A stretch of 39,379 bases of DNA from Chiloscyllium plagiosum. Lineage: Eukaryota. Shown here piece after piece: positions 24,080 through 34,600 of the stretch. A program made the translations under genes and the position numbers. The notes under the pieces were generated by a model. The model ran no database searches, was not told the origin of the DNA, and was given only the letters and a program-made list of their open reading frames with translations. The stretch spans positions 1 through 39,379 of the forward strand of contig NW_025215025.1 of the NCBI RefSeq assembly GCF_004010195.1. Reading direction: 5' to 3'. Position 1 is the stretch's first letter. Each line of letters opens with the position of its first letter.

Positions 24080-26150
24080 AACACAGAACATTGAACAGTG
24101 CAGCACAGTGCATGCCCTTCGGACCCCAATGTTGTGTCAAACATTTATCTTAATCTAAGATCAACCTAAATACACACCACTCAAATTGCTGTCATGCATG
24201 TGCTTGTCCAGCAGTCGCTTAAATGTTCTGAATGTCTCTAACTTTACGACCAAAGCTAGCAGTGCAGTCCACGAATCAAAAACTCTGCGGAAACAACCTA
24301 CCTCTGGTATCTTCCCTTTACTTTCTCCAGTGACCATAACTGTATGATCTCCCGTGACAGCCTTTTACCTGGGTAAACGTCTCTGGTTACCTTCCACTTC
24401 TTTATCCAAGCCATTTACAAAAAAAAAACAACGAAGAGCAAAGGCCCAAGAACAGATCCGTCCAGGAGATCACTGGTCTCCGACCTTCAAATGAATGACA
24501 TCCCATCCACGACCATTTCCTGTCTTCTATCAGCCAGCCAGTTCCGTATACAGGCAGCGAAATTTCAATAGATCCGATAACCTCCTAACTTACTAAATGA
24601 GCCTGCTGTGGGGAACCCATCAAATACCTTACTGAAATCCATATACATTCTATCCACTGCTCGACCTTCATCAACCTGTCTCGACACATCCTCAAAGAAC
24701 GCAATAAGACTTGCGATGCATGACATGCTCCTCAAAAAGCCATATTGATTTTCCTTAATCAAAAATCATTGTCCAAACAATCCAAAATCCTATATCTGCG
24801 AACTTTTTCCAGTACCTTACTGACCACAGACGTAAACCTACCTAGACAATGAGTTCAGTTTGTTTTCACCTGTTTAATTCCTTGAAGATAATTACAATAT
24901 ATGCCTCCCTCCAAACATAAAGAACTACTCTTGTGAAGAGTTTGGATTCAAAGATCATTTCCAGATGTGAAGCAATCTCACTTCTCACTTCTCGTCGGAA
25001 ATGTGGATAGATCTGATCCCGCCCTCGAGATTGAATCATACTCACGCTTTCCAGAATTTCTACCATATCCACATTCTAAATATCAATCTGATCTAGTCTA
25101 TTAAGCTCTTCCCCAGTATTTTCTCTATCATCAAGCTCCCTGTCTCTCATGAATACTATAGCAAAAAAAAAACTCATTTTGATCCTTCTCTATCTCGCCA
25201 CGCTCGATGCTTAACTTCCCTCCATTGGCTTGGATCCAGCTTCGACTCTCTCAGATCATTCTCTTATTCCTAATGTACGTGTGCAAAATATTTGGATTTT
25301 TCCAAATCCTTCCCGCCAAGGCTTCTTCATGCTCCCAACCAGCTTTCCTCAGTCGATTTTTGAGTTCGTTCCTTTCGACCCTGTAATCTTCAAAATTTGC
25401 GCTAGATCCCGCTCTTCTGTTCTTGTCATCCAGGACTCCTTTCCTTTACAATTCCGCACCGGTCTCATTGGGACAAAGTTATTCAACACAGTAAAAAAAG
25501 CTCCACATTTCTGTTGTGCATTTCCGTAGAACAATTATTCCTAATTTACAGTCCACAGGTCCTGTAGAAGAGCAGTAAACCTGCCCGTCTCCAGATGAAA
25601 TTCCCTCTCATACAGGAGAAAGTGAGGACTGCAGATGATGGAGATCAGAGCTGAATATGTGTTGCTGGAAAAGCGCAGCAGGTCAGGCAGCACCCAAGGA
25701 GCAGGAGAATCGACGTTTCAGGCATGAGCCCTTCTTCCATGCCCAAAACGTTGATTCTCCTGCCTGACCTGCTGCGCTTTTCCAGCAACACATTTTCAGC
25801 TTCCCTCTCATACAGTCCGTTTCTATTCCTCCCCATGGCGACCGCAAATTTGTGGCATTAATGCTCTCTGTCAACGAAATGCTCTCTCACCGAGATATCT
25901 GACACCTGGCCTGGCGAATTGCCTCGCAGCAAATCCAATATGGCCTCCCCCAGTTGGCCTATCTATTTATTGAATCAGGAATACTTCCTGGAAACACCCA
26001 ACAAAATCATATCCATCCAGATAATCTGCACCACGGATGTTCCTATTAATATTGGGGAATTTCAAATCACCCTGATCAGCAATTCTGTTAAATCTGCACG
26101 TTTCCGAGATCTACTGTCCAATCTGTCCAATGTCTGTAGTAGACAACCAA
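24080..26150 (-). mobile_element. Decayed CR1 LINE (RT and endonuclease remnants)
   Basis: ORF 24565-24762 QYGFLRSMSCIASLIAFFEDVSRQVDEGRAVDRMYMDFSKVFD matches CR1 RT domains; endonuclease-like sequence near 25850-26100. Confidence 0.88.
25616..25800. mobile_element. Palindromic Penelope-derived mini-element with 15-bp target-site duplication
   Basis: Two inverted pLTR halves, flanked by ttccctctcatacag at 25601-25615 and 25801-25815. Confidence 0.85.
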
Positions 26151-26419
26151 TAAAATATCTGTTTCTTTCTTTGTTGTCGGAGCTGCAGTCATCCAGGGAA
26201 GTGGAAGTATTCCAACATATCCTTGCCTTTTGTTTAGTTGATGGAAAGGCTTCAGAGATGTTGATAGTGTGCGATTCAGTGATGGTTAAATTATCTCTCT
26301 TGTTGGATTTTGTCAGAGCCTGCCACTTGTCTGGTGAGAATGTTATTTGTCATTTATCTTCGCAAGTGGAGATATTGTCCACACCTTGCCGCATTGGACA
26401 CAGATTTCTTCAAAATGTG

Positions 26420-26510
26420 ATAAGAAGGGCTTATGCCCGAAACGTCGATTCTCCTGTTCCTTGGATGCTGCCTGACCTGCTGCGCTTTTCCAGCAACACA
26501 TTTTCAGCTA
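26420..26510 (+). mobile_element. Penelope-like terminal fragment with a partial hammerhead core
   Basis: agaagggcttatgcccgaaacgtcgattctcctg...cagcaacacattttcagct. Confidence 0.8.
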
Positions 26511-28379
26511 AATTCAAATGGTGCTGACAATCGTGTCGATATTCCCCCTGCTTACCTTTTGGATAGAAGGTCACTGACGAAGAAGCTGAAGATGGCTGTA
26601 CCAAGAAGGCTACACTGCGGAACTCCGATCGAAATGTCCTGAGCAGAAAGACATCAAATAACTGCAAACACCTTTCAGTGTGTTCGATATAATTACAACC
26701 AAAAGAATTTTTTTCTTCCAATTCCCATTCACTCCAGATTTTCATGGGCTCCTTCATGTTACGTCATGCCTTGATGGAAAGGGGTGTCATTCTCACTTTA
26801 ACTCTTGAGGTCAGGTCGTTTCCTCAACTATGGAGTGTAAAATAGGGACTAAAGGTGTAATGAATCACAAGCCGAGTATTTGTGCTGGAGTCCAAACTGA
26901 GGCTGCCAAATTGGTAATTTATAATACTGAGCAGTCCTGATCCCAATGCCAATATAATTCTGTCAGGGGTGAGTGAGGTGCTCAACATGAGAGGACAACG
27001 ACATGCAAATGTGTTCAGCATTGCTTGTAGATTTAGGGGTCGGGAAAATATCAAGTACCAGTTGAGGAAGGGTACACCTGCTGTTGTCTGACCTCACTGC
27101 ACCACACCCCACCCCAGCCAAACACACCCCTACACAAAGCTGTGTTGTGATCGTCACCTCCCCTCCTCTCACTCAATCACTTACTGTTGGTCTGTTACCC
27201 AAGATCAATACCAGCCCTCAGATTGTTGTACTGAATGTTACTGCCTTCCTGTTGAGCAGGGCCACTGGCCTCTGGCTGGTCATGACCATTCCTTGGCGCT
27301 GTCATTTGTGCAAAGCCCTTCTCTTGTCCAGCTCAGTGCCCAAGTGATGATACCTACACTGTGGCTTCATGAAAAGAGGGGACTCTGTTCATGTTGACTC
27401 GCCAGCCAGTGAGTGAGAGGCCATCACCTCCATAAAACATAGCCATATAATAGGTTTAGTTTATAGTGATGCCCAGTCACCAGATCATGTACGCCTGTCA
27501 CATGACGAGAGTGTTTCTTTCATTCAGTTGTTTCTTTGGCCAATGAAACGCTGGATTTTGGAGAGCAGAGGACATGGGCAAACAATGAACTTAAAGTCTG
27601 CATTGCCTGTGGCCTCAGATTGCCACAGGAACAATTAAGCAGTGTTGACACAAACCCAAAACAAAAGCAACAGCTTCCTGGATAATAACGCACAAGTCAT
27701 CTACAATGAGTCCAGACATGAGAGTGTGGAAGAGCTGGGGTAAGGACTTGAAGAATGAACTGAAGAACAAGGTGAAACTGTGTGGCACTGAGACAAAGAG
27801 CTGGGATTTGCAAGCAAGAGGCTGATCCCAATCAAATCCAATACTCGGGGCAATTGTGACGTGTAGAAAGACAACAACGGCTTCTGGAGTAACAACATCA
27901 ACCGTAAAGCAACTTACGCAAAAAAGTCTCCTGAGTATAGATTCAAGCCAAGTTTCTTAATTACACCACAATCTGCCAAATGTCAACCCAGCAAGTTGCA
28001 CGGTAAATGACATTCCTAAAAAGTAAACACCTCTCTTAACAAAGGACCATATTTACACACAGACCTACCAACGACATGAGCACATAATTCGAAGATTTCT
28101 CATAAAATGTTTATAACTTCTTATAGCTCACACTCCAAACGTAAGTTGTTCCTTTTCATGTAAAATTGCAACTTATATTAGAGTGACTGACCAGCCCGAT
28201 GGGGCATATGGGAGAAGCAGACAGACTAAAAATAGTTATCTTTATTCCTGACTCTTCAGATCTGTCCATCGCGGTGTTAGGATGTGAACTGTTATAGTGG
28301 ATATATCCATCTGTAGGACAGAATATGCTGAATGTTCCGTTGATTCAGCTGAACGTCACATCCACATCCTAACTCACAG

Positions 28380-28545
28380 TATCATAGTATCCCCAGAGTG
28401 CAGAAAATGCCCATTCAGCCCTACCTTATCCCTGTAACCCTGCGTCTCCCATGGCTTAGACACCTAACCTATAATTCCCTACGCACTATGGTTAGCTTAA
28501 CATAGACAATCCCCCTAACCTCCACATCTTTGGACTGTGGGAATG
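28380..28545 (-). mobile_element. Degenerate HE1-type SINE fragment
   Basis: cctaacctccacatctttggactgtggga is the reverse complement of the HE1 core seen at 8520-8550. Confidence 0.7.
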
Positions 28546-29292
28546 GTGAGCATTAATTCACAGAAATGGAAGTACTCTTAACTCCTCAGACACATTGGTT
28601 GAGGGTACGAGGTGTTGTGTCAAGATGTAGGAGAGCATTCCAAGATAAGGTTGAGTTGACTGGGAGTGTTGAAAGATTATATTCTCTCAGCCTCCTTAAT
28701 GCTACTTGTGCAGTGACACTTTCAGAAACCTGAGGGCAGACTCTCAGGGAAGGATTGACAGAGATCCAGCATGGCAGCTCCCATTTGAAAAGCGCTGCAT
28801 TCCACGGTCTATTACCATGGATGTTGGAAAAAGTCCGTGCTTTTGTAAAGTACCTAAGGATTATCATTTGAGTTATTTACTGTCACGTGCATATTCTTTG
28901 CACATACAGTGAAATGTGTTGTATAGTGTTGCCACGCTGCAGCACCATCTCAAAACACATTTAAAATCACAACAAACAATATAAAGGAGAAAGAAATGGA
29001 GAAATAAAGAAAACGTCCAACTACATAGTACTTGCTAAGTACTCCATCATGGACATGCTGGTCAGGCATGTGTCCCCTTCTCTATCACCGTCGGAATGAA
29101 AGTCGCCCAATCTTTGGCAGCATCTTGACTCCGCTGATGCCTTGGTCAAAAGGAGGCCTTGATGGACCTCACTGATGCTGCTAGGCATGACATTGGTCCA
29201 AACACGATTCTGTTGTTACCACAAGGCTGCTTTACACATCGGTTACTAATGCAATCACTGCAGTTGCTGCCGGATCTTGTACTGTGCCGAAG

Positions 29293-29830
29293 CTCCATGA
29301 ATCTGTGATGGCGACTTGCACTGACAGGTAACCAAACTCACCTTCTCCCAATCTCCAAGAATCTGTGCTGGATACAGATCATGACAGGAACCCGAAAACA
29401 CCTTTCCCCTCCCTCCATGAATCTGCGCTGGATAGCGACACTGACACAACCCAAACTAATCTTCACGAAATTATGATGGATGCAGGAATAACAGGAAACC
29501 AAACTCACCTTTTCTGCCTTCATGAATCTGAGCTGGATACAAATACTGACAGGAAACAAATCTCACCTTCGCTCTGCCTCCGTGAACGTCTGCTGGATAC
29601 AGACACTGACAGAAAACTAACCCACTTGCACGCTACCTCCATGAATCTGTGCTGGATGCAAATGCTGCCAAAATCCCAGACTCACCTGCACAGCTAATTT
29701 TGTGAATCTATGATAGATACCGACATTGCCATGAACGAAAACAGAGCTCATCTGCTCCTGCACGAAACTGTACTGGATATGGACACTGCCACGGACGTAG
29801 ACTCATCACCGCCTGAGCAGCCATGAATTG
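29293..29830. repeat. Degenerate ~60-bp minisatellite (~9 copies)
   Basis: Recurring ctccatgaatctgtgctggatacagacactgacagg...aactcacc at about 29293, 29353, 29413, 29461, 29518, 29578, 29637, 29698 and 29757. Confidence 0.85.
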
Positions 29831-30059
29831 GCGTCAGGGCAGGAGCCATGAGGAACCCAACCTCTCTCGGCTATCTCCGTTGTGAGTCCGTGCTGCTCGA
29901 CTCACTCACAGATTTCGCTGCTCTTCACCAAGAGGTAATTAAAATAAACTCCAAGAAAACTTGCAAGTGAATGCAGACAGGACAGAAGAAATGAAATAAA
30001 ACGAAATGAGAATGAACCCCGACTCCACCACAATCTTACTAGAAGTCTTGGGGATTTAC

Positions 30060-30278
30060 CTTTCCTGTGTAAGGGTAAGTTTCCTCAGAGTTGATGCCTT
30101 GAAAATCAATCACTTGATCAAAGCCGTTCATTGCCGTTCCAGTAGAGCATCCGTTTCTTGGTTCCTGACAATCAATCAGATTCTGTTCACTGAGAGAAAC
30201 CAGGTTTCCATGCCTTTTTGCCCACTGTCCTTCTATGGCACCAGTTGCACTGAAAGCCCAGTCAGAATGACATTGACC
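30060..30278 (-). CDS. Cathepsin K/S-like gene, exon with the Cys25 region (Cys replaced by Asp); upstream exons not in window
   Basis: aacactAG|...|GTaaat, 219 nt, phase 0/0; GQCHSDWAFSATGAIEGQWAKRHGNLVSLSEQNLIDCQEPRNGCSTGTAMNGFDQVIDFQGINSEETYPYTGK. Confidence 0.97.
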
Positions 30279-30449
30279 CTAGTGTTGACAGAAATATAAC
30301 CACATTAAATCATATTGATCGAAAAACGATAGCCAGTTTGCATCTGCATTCATTTGGAACACCGTCTCACACTAATGCTCTTAGTCTAAATGTTTGTTCA
30401 GGTTTCTCAGAATTACACGAAATCTGTGAATATCGGTGTGCCTGGGTTC

Positions 30450-30940
30450 GGATTTGATTTGATTTATGTATTGTAACGTGTCGCGAACAAAAGTGAAACC
30501 CTTTGTTTATGAGCAATAGAGGCACATGATAGTATGCGAGAATGAAAAGATCAAAAAAGACTTGGACAAATGGTACATTGTAGAGAGTGGGCACAAGGCA
30601 AATTCAATGTAAGCAAGACCAGTATGATTTGAGCTAGAGAGTCTCATAACCGTCTAATAACAGCTGGGGAAAAGCTGTTCCTGCACCTGCTGGTGGATGT
30701 GTTCAAGCTTCAGTATCTTCTACCTGACGGAATGCATGTAAGGAGTACATTACCGGGGTGAGGTAGGTCCTTGATGATTTTGCCTGCAGTTTCGTGGCAG
30801 CGAGATGTGTAAGTGGAGTTCATAGATAGAGTATTCGATTCTATGATCGTCTGGGACTCGCACATAACCTTCAGTAGTTTATTATGATCCTGAGCTTCGC
30901 AGTTGCCATACCTGGCCTTCTGCACCCAGACAGTGCATCT
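30450..30940 (-). mobile_element. Rex1/Babar-type LINE 3' fragment
   Basis: ORF 30710-30979 RYGNCEAQDHNKLLKV...RCHETAGKIIKDLPHPG...PSGRRY matches the Rex1 C-terminal pattern WYGNC.AQDRKKLQ...HPG..LF..LPSGRRY. Confidence 0.82.
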
Positions 30941-31156
30941 CCAAATCAGAATCAGTGAGGGGGTCTGGACTGATATCAATTGTAGGTGAGCTGGTCATCT
31001 GTAATTCACTGCCTCTCAGTGATTTTGAAGTGCACTTACATCACCATCAACACCAGGTTATGCGCCAAATGCTCGAAGACCAGATTGGAATAGTTGGAGT
31101 AAACAAACAGAAGCCGAAAATCCTGGTGCAGCGCAGCAGGTCTGCCAGCATTGTGG

Positions 31157-31798
31157 AGAGTCATACAGTACAACCCTCCTCATCCACACTGACCAGGCTT
31201 CCCAAACCGAACAACTCTCACTTGCCTGCATTTGGCCCATATCCGTCTAAACCTTTCCTATCGATTTTCCTGTGCAACTGTCTTTAAATGTTGTAATTGT
31301 ACCAGCCTCCACCACTTCCTCAGGCAGCTTGTTCCATACACGCATCATCCTCTGTGTGAAAAAGTTGCCCCTCTCATCTTAAAACTATGCCCTCTTGTTT
31401 TGGATTCCCTACCCCAAGGAAGAGTCCTTGTCTATTTACCCTATCCATGCCCCTCATGATTTTATAAACTGTATAAGGTCATCCCTCAGCCTCCGACGCT
31501 CCAGGGAAAAATGTCCCAGCCTGTTCAGCCTCTCCCTGTAGCTCAAACCCTCCAGTCTCTGTACTATCCTTGTGAATCCTTTCTGAGCCCTTTCCAGTTT
31601 TAAACATCCTTCCTGTAGCACAGTGACCAGAATTGTACGCTGTATTCCAAATGGTGGCCCTAACAATGTCTTGTACAGCTGTAACATGACCTCCCGATTC
31701 CCGTACTCTGTTCTGCCCAAAGAAGGCCAAATGTACCAAATGCCTTCTTCATCGCCCTGTCTACCTGTGACACCAGTTTCAAGGAACTATACACCTGA
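31157..31798 (-). mobile_element. CR1 LINE 3' fragment
   Basis: ORF 31454-31720 (EVMLQLYKTL...LERAQKGFTR...LSYRERLNRLG.FSLERRRLRDDLI) matches the CR1 ORF2 C-terminus. Confidence 0.9.
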
Positions 31799-32022
31799 AA
31801 CAGAAAAACAGAGTTAACATTTCAAATTCAGCAATCTTCAGGACTTCCCCTTTCTCTTCACAGGTGCTGCCAGACCTACGGAGGTTCTCCAGCAATTCTG
31901 TTTCAGATTTCCAGCACCTTTTGTTCTTTGCTTTAATTCCGAGCCGATGGATGTTTGATGGCTGGTGCAGACAGGCTATTCACTCTGAATTACAGACCCA
32001 TTCCCTACATTAACAGTGGCAC

Positions 32023-32475
32023 ATAGAGTCATAGAGTCATCGAGATGTACAGCATGGAAACAGACCCTTCGGGCCAACCTGTCCATGCCAACCAGCTATC
32101 CCAACCCAATCTAGTCCTACCTGCCAGCACCCGGCCCATATCCCTCCAAACCCTGCCTATTCATATACCCATCCAAATGCCTCTTTAATGTTGCAATTGT
32201 ACCAGCCTCCACCACATCCTCTGGCAACTCATTCCAGATCATGCTGACAGTTTCTAGCTGTTTACCTGTATCTAGAGTTTAATAAGTTGTGATAAATATT
32301 AGCGAGTACAATTGCAACATATAAGAGGCACTTGGATGGGTATATGAACAGGAAGGGTTTGAAAGGATATGGGCCGGCTGCTGGCGGTGGGACTAGATTG
32401 GGTTGGGATATCTGGTCGGCATGGACAGGTTGGACCACAGGGTCTGTTTCTGTGCTGTACATCTCGATGACTCTA
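32023..32475. mobile_element. Two CR1 3' ends in inverted orientation (32023-32240 minus, 32306-32475 plus)
   Basis: 32032-32202 is the near-perfect reverse complement of 32306-32475. Confidence 0.9.
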
Positions 32476-32539
32476 CGTAAAATAGTTAGGTGGTTGTTTT
32501 TGACTAGCACAGATGTGATTAGCCAAAGGGCCTTTCTCT

Positions 32540-32835
32540 GTGTTGTAGATCTGTACTAATTTACAGAAACTCAGTCCATGCTTCCTACCAATCTGCTTCT
32601 GAAGGTTGGGTAAATTAGGGAATTTTGCATACTGATGTAAAAGATGCCATGCTTCCACTCTCTGAATAAGCAAACAGAGATGACCTTTGGTCCTTTAAGC
32701 TGAGGGCCACCCTGCCTCAGGCAATAGGATGAGAATTGAGAAGATGATATCTTCATGGTGACCTCAGCAGGAGTAGGAATTCGAACCCACACTGTAAACC
32801 AGCCATCCAGTGAGCTGAACTAACCAACCCCCTTT
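32540..32835 (-). mobile_element. Degenerate tRNA-derived SINE
   Basis: Minus strand has ggttagttcagct (A-box-like) and gtgggttcgaattcc (B-box). Confidence 0.5.
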
Positions 32836-32941
32836 ACCTCATGGAACCACTCATCCACAGATCAATCAGTCAACTGTCACAGGCCAAATCTCCATTCATA
32901 CAACAGCCGAAGGCCGGCTGGAATCAGCCTTCCCCTCTACA

Positions 32942-33197
32942 GGAGGCACGGTGGCTCAGTGGTTAGCACTGCTGCCTCACAGCACCAGGGACCCAGGTTC
33001 GATTCCAGCCCCGGGTGACAGACTGTATGGAGTTTGTACATTCTCCCCGTGTCTGCGTGGGTTTCCCCCAGGTGCTCTGGTTTCCTCCACAGGTCAGGCT
33101 GAATTGGCCATAGTGTTAGGTTTTTGGTCAGAAGGGGCTCTTCGGAGGGTCAGTGTGGACTTGTTGGGCAGAAGGGCACTGTGGGGAATCTAATCTA
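32942..33197 (+). mobile_element. HE1-type V-SINE, near full length with internal deletions
   Basis: tRNA head ggcacggtggctcagtggttagc (A box) and ggttcgattcc (B box), V-domain gcgtgggtttcc, tail aatctaatcta. Confidence 0.9.
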
Positions 33198-33554
33198 CTG
33201 CCTTAACAAGCAGCTGTGTAAACATGACCTACAATGAGGGTCGATGAACTGCTTTTTAAATGTGTAGCAATTCTTTCCACAACTCTTGGTTTTCAAAACA
33301 GTTCTTTTCCCAATTCAGTCCACAATGGAAAACACAGAACAATAAAAACTTATGGTCTTCATAGCAGCAATAAGCTGAATACATTGTAAACAATTTCAGC
33401 AGGTTTGTGTGTCATTGGGATACTGTTCTGGAGGGGTCAGGAAAGACTCACATGGATGGTGGTGGGGGGCGGTGATCTAACCAGATGCTCAACTGTGAGG
33501 AAGATCTAGTAGCTGTGAGTCTGAAACTTGCTGTGATTGCCCCACTAGGCCTGA

Positions 33555-33676
33555 AGAAGGGCTCAGGCCCAAAACATCAATTCTCCTGCTCCTCGGATGC
33601 TGCCTGACCTGCTGCGCTTTTCCAGCAACACATTTTCAGCTCTGATCTCCAGCATCTGCAGCCCTCACTTTCTCCC
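33555..33676 (+). mobile_element. Solo Penelope-like terminal element with 10-bp target-site duplication
   Basis: pLTR motif flanked by ctaggcctga at 33545-33554 and 33677-33686. Confidence 0.82.
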
Positions 33677-34017
33677 CTAGGCCTGAGTCAAGCTCACTGC
33701 CATGACCAGAGTGCTGAGTGTGACTTCCGTCAATGAGATGGAGCTGAGTTCCCGTAAGGAACCTCTCTCTCTTTCTAGGTGACTGTTACCGGAGGGATGT
33801 CAAGCTGCTGTTTGCCAGGATGGGCAATGTTCAAAAGGACTCAGTTACACCGGAGATTGAGGAATCCCGGACATAAACGGCTCACAATCTGGAGATTGGG
33901 AGATGGCTTGAAGTTAGCTTCTGTGAGGGGTCAGTGTATGTGATTCCTGACCCAGATTCCCAATCCATGATCTTAGCAGGAGATCAAGGGATTTCTGCTT
34001 CAGACCATTTTCTAATG

Positions 34018-34378
34018 ATGGTAAAAACAAGAGTCGAGATTAGAGTGGCGCTGGAAAAGCACAGCAGGTCAGGCAGCATTTGAGGAGCAGGAAAATCGAC
34101 GTTTCAGGCAAAAGCCCATCATCAGGAATGGAGGCAGGGGGCCTGCAGAGTGGAGAGATAAATTATTCTCCTGCTCCTCGGATGCTGCCTGACCTGCTGT
34201 GCTTTTCCAGCGCCACTCTAATCGAGACTCTGGTTTCCAGCATCTGCAGCCCTTGTTTTTACCCAGTTGATTTTAACCCAACTGCGAATCCTCTTGCAAG
34301 ATGCCTGCCTTGAAGAAGTTTTCCTCCTCTCTCTACAAGAATCTCAGGGAGTCTCTCTCTCACTGTAGCCCCCATTTT
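34018..34378. mobile_element. Penelope-like fragment: inverted pLTR + direct pLTR + ORF 5' fragment
   Basis: Minus pLTR at 34018-34165, then a plus copy tctcctgctcctcggatgctgcctgacc and downstream element sequence. Confidence 0.8.
34098..34125 (-). ncRNA. Minimal hammerhead ribozyme core (Penelope-associated)
   Basis: Minus strand reads CTGATGA-T-GGGC-TTTT-GCCT-GAAAC-GTC: conserved CUGAnGA and GAAA boxes, 4-bp stem II, palindromic ACGT stem III and a GUC cleavage triplet. Confidence 0.7.
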
Positions 34379-34380
34379 CG

Positions 34381-34600
34381 AATGATTCCTATTCCATATC
34401 TGCAGCCATCAATTCCTGTTCCAAATTCCGATCTGGGATTCCTGCTCCAGACCTATATCCAGCGATTCCTGTTCCAGATCTTGATCCAATAATTCCTGTT
34501 CCACATCCCTATTCAGTAATTCCTGCTCCTGATCTGGATGCAGTGATTTCTATTCCAGATCCTGATCCAGTGATTTCTGTTCCAAATCCGGATACAGTGA
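34381..34600. repeat. Degenerate 27-bp minisatellite (~8 copies)
   Basis: Unit approximately gtgattcctgttccagatcctgatcca, recurring every 27 nt. Confidence 0.85.

Noticed and set aside
25919..26527. 202-aa ORF
   Set aside because: It runs antisense across CR1 remnants and into a Penelope terminus; a chimeric chance ORF.
32942..33015. tRNA gene
   Set aside because: The A/B boxes continue directly into the HE1 SINE body and tail, so this is a SINE head.
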